A DNA stretch of 17,423 bases from Candidatus Krumholzibacteriia bacterium (lineage in GTDB: Bacteria; Krumholzibacteriota; Krumholzibacteriia; WVZY01): assembly GCA_036478295.1 (NCBI GenBank), contig JAZGDW010000254.1:1-17423 (forward strand), read 5' to 3'. A program made the position numbers and the translations under genes. Numbering within the stretch: position 1 is the stretch's first letter; each line of letters opens with the position of its first letter. The notes below the pieces were generated by a model. It was given only the letters and a program-made list of their open reading frames with translations, was not told the DNA's origin and ran no database searches. Positions 8,478 to 15,347 of the stretch are shown piece after piece.

Positions 8478-9254
8478 ATGTCAAAACTCAAGATCGCATC
8501 GGCCGTGTTGGTTTCATTCGCTCTGCTGTTGAACGGGTGTGATTTCATCCGCAAGATGGACAGTAATGCAAACCCGCGTCTATCGATGTTCGTAGGAGTG
8601 GATATCAGCGGTTCGTTCATGAACGGCGGATACTTCGACGACTCGATGGAGTTTCTGGCGAACTATTTGTACATCCATATCAACGGCGTACAGGGGGCCG
8701 AAATACCCAACGTTCTCTTCGTAAGCTCGATCGGCGGCGCGCGGGAAGACGAGCCCAAGACGTTTTATCCGAAGCAGACGTTCGAGAACAAGTCTGTGGA
8801 CGAGATCGCCGCAACCTTGCGCAAAATGTTTCCCAGATCAGATTCCAATCCTTTCACCGACTATAACGCCTTCCTCGAGCAGGTGGCCCACATGGTCAGA
8901 TCCAAGAACCTGGTTCTCCGGCCGATCTCGATCGTAATGGTCAGCGACGGGATTCCCGACGTGAAGAAGGACGGCAAGACGGATTTCAGCAGCATCGTCG
9001 TCCGACCACTGGAAACGCTGGCCAGGAGCGTCACCATCCGCCTGCTGTACACAAGTGCCGTGGTCGGAAAGAACTGGCAGACCAAGGTCAAGCGGCACAG
9101 GGTCAAGATCTGGACTCAGGACGCGGAGGTCATGGCCTCGTGGAATGACTCGAAGATTCTGCTGCCCAACAAGGCGCTCGACGAGCAGCCGTATTTCTTC
9201 GCCTGGCTGAACGATAACGTGGACTTTGGCGTACGTTCGCGTCGCGTGGACTAA
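8478..9254 (+). CDS. Lipoprotein with a vWA/MIDAS-like domain, 258 aa
   Basis: GGGGG SD; signal MSKLKIASAVLVSFALLLNG-C (lipobox); beta-strand plus DxSxS (MFVGVDISGS), PFTDY Thr, and IVMVSDGIPD Asp, which are the three MIDAS elements in order; 25 nt downstream of the membrane protein gene. Confidence 0.75.
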   Translation: MSKLKIASAVLVSFALLLNGCDFIRKMDSNANPRLSMFVGVDISGSFMNGGYFDDSMEFLANYLYIHINGVQGAEIPNVLFVSSIGGAREDEPKTFYPKQTFENKSVDEIAATLRKMFPRSDSNPFTDYNAFLEQVAHMVRSKNLVLRPISIVMVSDGIPDVKKDGKTDFSSIVVRPLETLARSVTIRLLYTSAVVGKNWQTKVKRHRVKIWTQDAEVMASWNDSKILLPNKALDEQPYFFAWLNDNVDFGVRSRRVD

Positions 9255-9604
9255 TCCTCCCGGTCACCGCCGTTTGCGGCAGCGGAGTCGGCAAGGTCGT
9301 TCCTGCAGCCACGGCAGAACGTGACCTTTTTCAGGTCTACTTCTTCGACGCCGTTCGAAGCATGCATCACACAGCTATAATTGTTGCAGTGTGCGAGGTT
9401 GAACACGTGTCCAAGTTCGTGCACCGCCTCTTTTTGCAGGCGCTCGATCAAGCGATTCCTGTCATCGGGCAATCCGTAGAACGAATCCCGTAGCCGGTAC
9501 ATCGACGCAACCGCCGCGCGGCCGTTCAGCTGCGCTTCCCCGAAGACAAACGTAAGTACCGGGATAAAAAGATCGGCATCGATGAACACGGAACGTGAAA
9601 ACAC
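9251..9604 (-). pseudogene. N-terminally truncated archaemetzincin (peptidase M54-like) fragment, up to 117 aa
   Basis: DADLFIPVLTFVFGEAQLNGRAAVAS...KEAVHELGHVFNLAHCNNYSCVM...FCRGC matches the archaemetzincin zinc motif, Met-turn and Cys4 site. The N-terminal roughly 55-65 residues typical of the family are absent, there is an in-frame TAA at 9634-9632, and no clear SD. Could still be a short translated protein. Confidence 0.6.
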
Positions 9605-9706
9605 GCGGTGGCATGAGAAGCCGCCGCCAGGTTAGCCACCCGCTGAGTGCTACAAGCGAGTTTACGCCGATGTTTTTCTGAACCCCTTGAAGTACGGTTC
9701 CTTGCC

Positions 9707-12175
9707 CTAGCGGATCACCACGAACTTGCCGACGAAGCGAGCGAAGTTCGCATCCTCCGATTCTACCGCGTACAGGTAAACACCACTTGTGACGTCCTGC
9801 GCGCTGCGGCTGACCAGGTCCCATTTGACCGTCCCCACGCCGCCCGTGCCGTCGAATTCGATCTCCTTGACCAGGTCGCCGGACAGGGTATAGATAAGAA
9901 TCTTACCCCGCGCCTGCGGCAGGTTGCGAAACTCGACCTTGATACCCGTCGGATCGTCGTTGTTCGGCGCCAGCGCCCACGCCGCCATGGACTCCCGGGT
10001 TGCTGGGTTGGGTACGACGTAGATGTTGCCCTCTTGGTAACTGTACGCCGGTTGAGAGGCGCTCTTCGGCTCCACGTAGACGAAGTTCGAAGAGGGATCG
10101 CCGATCTTGCCCTCTATGAATCGGCCCCGGCCGTCGATGCCGTGATCCATGGACGTGACGGCGTAGAAGTACGGCCGTCCCAGGTGCATCGAGCGGTCCA
10201 CGAATCGGTAGTACTGCCGCCCGCCTTCGACACCCAGTTCCCAGCGTGCCAGCGCAACCAGCGTGTCGCATACCTCTGGAGTGACCCCCTGGGGGCACGG
10301 TGGATCGGACCCCGGGTACTCGTTGGCGTACTCCTTGATGTAGTTTATGAAGTCCCGCGTGTGCGTCGGCGAGATCGTGTGGGTCAGCGGTTCATACGCG
10401 AGCATTTTGATGCCCGAGTCGCGGCCGAAATTGTTGACGACATCTACCTCCAGCAGGAGTTTCCAGAGATCGTTGCTGGGGCCGTTGTCGACCGAACTGC
10501 CGATGGGGCGCTGCCAGTTGTCCGCCCGCCAGATGCGGTAACCCTCGAAGTCAAAGATCTGTGTTTTCACGTCGGGCACCGTCTCGCTGAAGTTGTCGAA
10601 GTAAACCACCACCCCGCCTTCGCTGTGGTCATCGATACGCATAAACGGGGGTGGAGGTGCGGTCCCCACGATCCAGCTGATCCGGGTTTCGTTGCCGTCG
10701 ATGCCGGTAAGATAAAGCGCACTGTCGAGGTCGCTGTATCCGCATGCGTCCCGGAAGAGCATCTCATTCGCGCAGTCGTTGTTGATCCACAGCGTGGTAC
10801 CCCTGGGCACCGGCACCGGCGCGCTCAACGGCGCCGCACAGGTGTCAATGAAGACTTCCAGCCCCTGCTCTCCGATGACCTCGGTCTCCCGGCCGGCGCT
10901 ACCCGTCAACTTGCTCCCATCGAGGTTGAACCATGCACCGTTAAAGGTAAGCTGAGCGCTCGATGCGTTCGCAAGCGCGCCGAAAGCACCGTTACCCGCC
11001 ACGAACGCTACCTGGAACACGAGCGTGCTCTCGGGAAAAAGCTCGGAGAAAGGACCGGCGCTCACCAGCATGCGGTAATCTCGTGGGACCTCGGCGTCCC
11101 TCTCTATAATCTGCTGGGAGAGGAGCGAGTAGCGCTCGAAGTCGTTGCCCGGATCGCCACCGTCCTCGAACGGTGCCAACCCCGCAAAATTCGCATAGGT
11201 GCTGATCCCGACCCGCTCCGGTGCGAACTCTCCCGTGGGGTCCGTCGTGTGCCCCAGGAACATGACGCCAAAGTACCCCGTCGTCTGACCGTCATCGCCG
11301 TCCGCGTCGTACGTGTAGGCGATATCCACCTGCACCGGACCCAGGTCGGTGCAAAGCACCGGAATGAACGCGCGACCGGTCGCGTCGTCTTCCCAGTACT
11401 TCTCGCGGTCCCTGGAGCCCGCGTCGCAGTCGGCAAAAAACCCGATGTAGAGATCCTCGAGGACCGTGTTGCCGATGTTGGTAATATGATATTCGATTCC
11501 GACGAAATCATCGAAACGGTCCTCTTCCCACTGGTAGCTCTCCTGGCGAACCAGAATGTTCAGCGGGTTATGGTTCGGAAAAATCTCGAGGGAAATCGGC
11601 TGGTCGTCGGTGTACCAGCAGCTGAACATCTGTTTGGACACCGCGGCGAAGTCCTCGTCGATCCGGCCGTCGAGGTCGTCGTCACGGCCGTTCAGCCAGT
11701 CTTCGTCAGTGAGCCCGTCCTTGTCGTCATCAGCGTCCGGCGATGGGAGGCGGTTACCGCCTCTGGTCCCTTCGGCGGCCCGGTACAAGATGTCGATGGG
11801 GTCCCGCGTGGGACGAAATTCCCTTTCGAAGGCCGCCGTGGACACGGCAGGCACTCCGTTCTTCAGGGCTCCGACCCAGAGACCCGCCGTGTACAGGTAT
11901 TCGATGCCGCTACCCGCCGGCCACTGGGCGGAGGGCATTTCCGAATAGGGCAATCCGGCTCCCGGTCGCGAGCCGAATTCGCCCCAATTGCCGACGTGCA
12001 TCTGCAGCTCACCGACATTGTGGACGTTTGCGCCAGTCAACACCATGACACGTTGCAGATCGGGCAGGTCTTTGCGGCTTTTCTTGGATTTTGGTTCCCA
12101 ACGGGCGAAACTCCACGTTGGAACCATCAACAGCACCGATACCAGGACCAGACAGACCATTCGCTTTGTCTTCAT
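9707..12175 (-). CDS. Large secreted protein, 822 aa, with DxDxDG Ca-binding loops, an FN3-like region and an FlgD-Ig/T9SS-like C-terminal domain
   Basis: Signal peptide MKTKRMVCLVLVSVLLMVPTWSFA (AAGGA SD, ATG 12175); DDDKDGLTDED/DDDLDGRIDED; FDFEGYRIWRA...YFYAVTSMD; C-terminal NIYVVPNP...IYTLSGDLVKEI...WDL...SGVYLY...GKFVVIR. Confidence 0.85.
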   Translation of the reverse strand: MKTKRMVCLVLVSVLLMVPTWSFARWEPKSKKSRKDLPDLQRVMVLTGANVHNVGELQMHVGNWGEFGSRPGAGLPYSEMPSAQWPAGSGIEYLYTAGLWVGALKNGVPAVSTAAFEREFRPTRDPIDILYRAAEGTRGGNRLPSPDADDDKDGLTDEDWLNGRDDDLDGRIDEDFAAVSKQMFSCWYTDDQPISLEIFPNHNPLNILVRQESYQWEEDRFDDFVGIEYHITNIGNTVLEDLYIGFFADCDAGSRDREKYWEDDATGRAFIPVLCTDLGPVQVDIAYTYDADGDDGQTTGYFGVMFLGHTTDPTGEFAPERVGISTYANFAGLAPFEDGGDPGNDFERYSLLSQQIIERDAEVPRDYRMLVSAGPFSELFPESTLVFQVAFVAGNGAFGALANASSAQLTFNGAWFNLDGSKLTGSAGRETEVIGEQGLEVFIDTCAAPLSAPVPVPRGTTLWINNDCANEMLFRDACGYSDLDSALYLTGIDGNETRISWIVGTAPPPPFMRIDDHSEGGVVVYFDNFSETVPDVKTQIFDFEGYRIWRADNWQRPIGSSVDNGPSNDLWKLLLEVDVVNNFGRDSGIKMLAYEPLTHTISPTHTRDFINYIKEYANEYPGSDPPCPQGVTPEVCDTLVALARWELGVEGGRQYYRFVDRSMHLGRPYFYAVTSMDHGIDGRGRFIEGKIGDPSSNFVYVEPKSASQPAYSYQEGNIYVVPNPATRESMAAWALAPNNDDPTGIKVEFRNLPQARGKILIYTLSGDLVKEIEFDGTGGVGTVKWDLVSRSAQDVTSGVYLYAVESEDANFARFVGKFVVIR

Positions 12176-12338
12176 GCGTCCGTCCTTTGAGAGTAGGCTA
12201 CCATCCAAAACAACGACACGTTATTTCAGTGGTGAGGTATTCGTGTTCTGTGGGGATTTGTGATGCTATTCGTGGGGTATGGTGCCGCGACTACCCAAAA
12301 GAAATCTCCTGGGCGCAGCGTTGTCAAGCCGTAATATA

Positions 12339-12352
12339 TTGACGAAAGTCAA
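12339..12352. promoter_or_regulatory. Perfect TTGAC-N4-GTCAA palindrome (FNR/CRP-family-like box)
   Basis: ttgacgaaagtcaa, located just upstream of a minus-strand TTGACA (12327-12322)-17 bp-TTTCTT candidate promoter for the 822-aa gene. Confidence 0.35.
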
Positions 12353-12371
12353 GAAGCGGCCGGGTACGGGC

Positions 12372-12584
12372 CTATTTCGGCTTCTTTACGTGGTCGGTTA
12401 TCTTGAAGCGCTGTCTGCCGGCATGCTCGTAGAAAACGACGACGTTTTGATGACCGCACGCCCTGCAGCTCCCTAACGGCGCCGCATCCTTGTCTCCGGT
12501 TGCGCCCCGCCATTCGAGTGGCGCGCCGCACTTCGGACACGGTATCCGGGCCCGCTTGACCTTGCCAAAGTCTGAACGTCCCAT
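12372..12584 (-). CDS. Small zinc-ribbon protein, 70 aa
   Basis: CPKC-x20-CRAC followed by beta-strand-like NVVVFYEH and RFKITD; ATG lies directly behind a consensus promoter. Confidence 0.65.
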   Translation of the reverse strand: MGRSDFGKVKRARIPCPKCGAPLEWRGATGDKDAAPLGSCRACGHQNVVVFYEHAGRQRFKITDHVKKPK

Positions 12585-12590
12585 ATCCGC

Positions 12591-12619
12591 AATATGGGTT
12601 GCGGGCGCGACACTGTCAA
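12591..12619 (-). promoter_or_regulatory. Sigma70 promoter giving a probably leaderless mRNA for the zinc-ribbon gene
   Basis: TTGACA (12619-12614), 17 bp, CATATT (12596-12591), 6 nt, ATG (12584); no convincing SD. Confidence 0.6.
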
Positions 12620-12647
12620 TACGCGCTCGTCGGAGGGATACGGATCG

Positions 12648-13460
12648 TCACGCCGTGGGCGGAAACTCGGCAAGGATTTCCTTTACCGCGTCGTTTACGT
12701 ACATCCGAAAACGCTCCGGATCGGGGTCTGAATCCAGGGCCTGGCTCGCCCACCCGCGCCAGATCACTTCGTTTGCCGCGGGATCGATGATATCGAGCAC
12801 CAGGGTCCCTTCCAGGTAATCATCGACGTAGCGCCCGTACCCGTACCCCCCGTAGCCGTGGCCATAATACCCCAAGCCGAAGTAAAGATGTCTAGGGTGA
12901 CCGTACCCGCCGTAACGGTAACCGTGACGGCCAAACCCGAAGTGCCCGCGGTGGTGCCCATGGCGGCCGTATCCATAATGCCCGTAGCTGCGATACCGGA
13001 GGTGCCCCGTGGATCCACGACTGCGGTACCCGGCATGCTCCAGCTTCGATCCGTGGCTGACGTGTGATCCGTAAGCGGAATACCCCTGGGTTAACGACAA
13101 GCGGCCATCACCTGACGTGGCGGGCACCGCGTGATTGCCGTACCCGTATGCATCCGATGCGCCGATCTTCCGCCGCGTGATGATCCGGTACGCAATCAAA
13201 AAATCGGGCCGACCGGACTCCAGCAGTCGATAACCCCTGCGCAAGAGCTCGGCGTCCACCGCGTAGCGGATGTGTTGTCCAAGGAGTGGGCTGTCGGCCG
13301 CCTCCTTCGCTGTGTATTCCGTAGTTTCCTCGACCCAAGCGTACGTCCGGAGGTGCGTAAACGAAGCACGCTCACTGAAGTCTGAACGTACCCGCATCGT
13401 ACTGCAGCCCATCAGGGTGAGAACTGCGATCGAGCCGAGCGTTATTCTAAGGATTCCCAT
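12648..13460 (-). CDS. DUF4136-like lipoprotein with a long Gly/Tyr/His-rich insertion, 270 aa
   Basis: AAGGAGG SD; lipobox VLTLMG-C; family hallmarks F..LRTYAW, IRYAVDAELLRRGY, PDFLIAY, YLEGTLVLDIID...VIWRG, AVKEILAEFPP. Confidence 0.88.
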   Translation of the reverse strand: MGILRITLGSIAVLTLMGCSTMRVRSDFSERASFTHLRTYAWVEETTEYTAKEAADSPLLGQHIRYAVDAELLRRGYRLLESGRPDFLIAYRIITRRKIGASDAYGYGNHAVPATSGDGRLSLTQGYSAYGSHVSHGSKLEHAGYRSRGSTGHLRYRSYGHYGYGRHGHHRGHFGFGRHGYRYGGYGHPRHLYFGLGYYGHGYGGYGYGRYVDDYLEGTLVLDIIDPAANEVIWRGWASQALDSDPDPERFRMYVNDAVKEILAEFPPTA

Positions 13461-13539
13461 CGTCTGATCCTCCTTGCTGCGATCCACCCGGCCTGTCGAG
13501 CGCCCGGTGGCGGCGATAACCGCGCCGACTCAAAGATTT

Positions 13540-13565
13540 GTCGTTTGGGTGTTCGGTTCGTTACA
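13540..13565 (-). promoter_or_regulatory. Candidate ECF-sigma promoter upstream of the DUF4136-like gene
   Basis: TGTAAC (13565-13560), 16 bp, CGAC (13543-13540); resembles the AAC/CGT-type ECF consensus. Confidence 0.35.
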
Positions 13566-13765
13566 ACCGCAGCAAGGTGTGGAACACCGGAATCCGTGTA
13601 ATTGCTTGCCGGGAACGACAGTACGCGAAACAAGAATTGGCGAGGAGGTAGAGTGGGCACCGTATCCCCAGCCGCGCTCCACGAGGCCTCCTCTCTCGGG
13701 GAAACCCGCTGCGGGCCCGGCAAGCCCGCCGGCGATTCGCCTGCTCGAGAACCCTGGCGGGTCGT

Positions 13766-15103
13766 CTACCCGGTCCGCTTCACAACAACGATGGTGAGAT
13801 CGTCCATTTGCGGCGCGCCGCCTGCATGCGCGTTGACCGCCTCGATAACCCGGTCAACGAGGATGGCGGCGGGTTCCTTTCGGTGTTCTTTGACGAGCGA
13901 GATCAGTGCCTCCGCGCCGAACGGCTCCTCTTTCTTGTTCGTCGCGTCGGTAATACCATCCGAAAAAATGACGACCACGCCCCCGGGCTCGATCGAAACG
14001 GAGTCTTCCTCGTGGGGTAGCTGTTCGCTCACGCCGAGCGCCATCCCGCCGGGCGGCAGCCGGTCGAGACTGCCGTCTTTCGAAACCACAATGGGCATTT
14101 CGTGCCCCGCGTTACAGAAGGTCAATCGATGCTCACGCTCGTCCAGCACTCCGTAAAAGAGCGTTACGAATCGTTCATCATCCGTGACCTCACACAGCAG
14201 AAGATTGGATCGCTCGACTCGCTCGAGGACCCGCGCCTCCACCAACGTCTGCCCGCGGAGCGTCGCCTGCAGGTTCGCCATCAATAGTGAAGCGGGGAGC
14301 CCCTTCCCCGATACATCCCCGAGACAAATCGCCCATCCACCGCCTGCCGCCGGCATGAAATCAAAATAGTCACCACCGACCATCTGTGCGGGTATGCTCG
14401 TGCCGGCGACATCGTACCCTTCGATTTCCGGCGCTGATTTGGGAAGCAGGTTGCTCTGAATTTCGTACGCAAGCCGGACCTGCTCCTGCATGCCGGCGCG
14501 TTCCTTGGACAACCGTGCGTTGTTGATCACTTGTGCGGACTGCGCCGCGATGAACGGCAGCAGCCGCTCGTCGTCCTCCGTAAAGCCCCTCGGGTTCTTC
14601 TTGTTGCAAATCGTGAGGATTCCGATCAGCTCCGACCGCAGCATCAAGGGCACACACATGATAGAGCGGAGTGCCTCGTCCCATTGAAACGATTTGAACT
14701 GTTCGTCCGCACCCGGATCGTTCACGAGCAGCGTCTTCTTGTGGATGTACATCCACCCCAGGAGGTGTTCGTTCAAATGGTAGTGTGGCCTCTCAGCCGA
14801 GCTCGACATCACACGCACGCTGGTCTTCATCGGGTCGTGGGCGTTGCGGTCCACCAGGGTAACCACCGCCTGCTCTGCCTCCACGGCACGCATCAGGCCG
14901 TCGACCAGTTTTTTGACAATCTCGTCCGGGTCAACGGACGCCCCCATTTCAATCGCTAGCTCGTTGAGAATGGAAAGATCTTTCACCGCACGTTCGAGCC
15001 TCTTGATCTCGTCACTGAGCGACTCGGCCGAGGGGCCCGATTTCACGGACGCCCGGCCAAATAGCTTTTTCGAGAGCGCGGGCAGGAAGCTGAGATTCGA
15101 CAT
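13766..15103 (-). CDS. GAF-domain PP2C/SpoIIE (RsbU-like) protein phosphatase, 445 aa
   Basis: GGAG SD, ATG 15103; GAF motifs (LRSIMCVPL..IGILTICNK..FTEDDERLL); coiled linker AYEIQSNLLP; PP2C motifs VGGDYFD, GDVSGKG, NAGH, FSDGITD, DDLT. Confidence 0.93.
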   Translation of the reverse strand: MSNLSFLPALSKKLFGRASVKSGPSAESLSDEIKRLERAVKDLSILNELAIEMGASVDPDEIVKKLVDGLMRAVEAEQAVVTLVDRNAHDPMKTSVRVMSSSAERPHYHLNEHLLGWMYIHKKTLLVNDPGADEQFKSFQWDEALRSIMCVPLMLRSELIGILTICNKKNPRGFTEDDERLLPFIAAQSAQVINNARLSKERAGMQEQVRLAYEIQSNLLPKSAPEIEGYDVAGTSIPAQMVGGDYFDFMPAAGGGWAICLGDVSGKGLPASLLMANLQATLRGQTLVEARVLERVERSNLLLCEVTDDERFVTLFYGVLDEREHRLTFCNAGHEMPIVVSKDGSLDRLPPGGMALGVSEQLPHEEDSVSIEPGGVVVIFSDGITDATNKKEEPFGAEALISLVKEHRKEPAAILVDRVIEAVNAHAGGAPQMDDLTIVVVKRTG

Positions 15104-15246
15104 ATGGTTTTCTCCGTAGTCTTTTGGGGGAAATGCCCGGAACGGTTGCGGCCGTGCGTGCAACGGCTTGCGGCCGGCGCGCATTAGAAGGATATATTCT
15201 AACACATAACAGGAAGTGATAAAAGCGGTTGCTAGGAACCCGCCGG

Positions 15247-15263
15247 TGCATCCGAGGTGCCCA
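15247..15263 (-). promoter_or_regulatory. Candidate sigma54 promoter for the phosphatase gene
   Basis: Minus strand tGGGCACCTCGGATGCA: GG-N10-GC; same GGGCA...ATGC variant as at 6983-6999. Confidence 0.4.
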
Positions 15264-15347
15264 CGAAGGGGTTCTAAAACCGGTTCTTGATCAATAGCCT
15301 AACCTGGGCCGTCTGTCTCCGCTCCCGTGGGCGCCCCTGTCACCGTC

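Noticed and set aside
9604..9709. Read-through fusion of the 822-aa protein to the archaemetzincin fragment (same frame)
   Set aside because: The stop is TAG and further in-frame stops intervene, including TAA at 9634-9632.
9647..12190. 847-aa plus-strand ORF antisense to the secreted protein (likewise 1277-2314, 4184-5230, 5696-6889, 16119-17018)
   Set aside because: Shadow ORFs in register with real GC-rich genes; Arg/Val/His-rich composition, no motifs and no convincing starts.
12828..13000. Short recurring ccgta/ccgtg units as a CRISPR array or DNA tandem repeat
   Set aside because: They are Tyr-Gly and His-Gly codons of the low-complexity protein insert; there is no constant repeat-spacer period and no cas gene.
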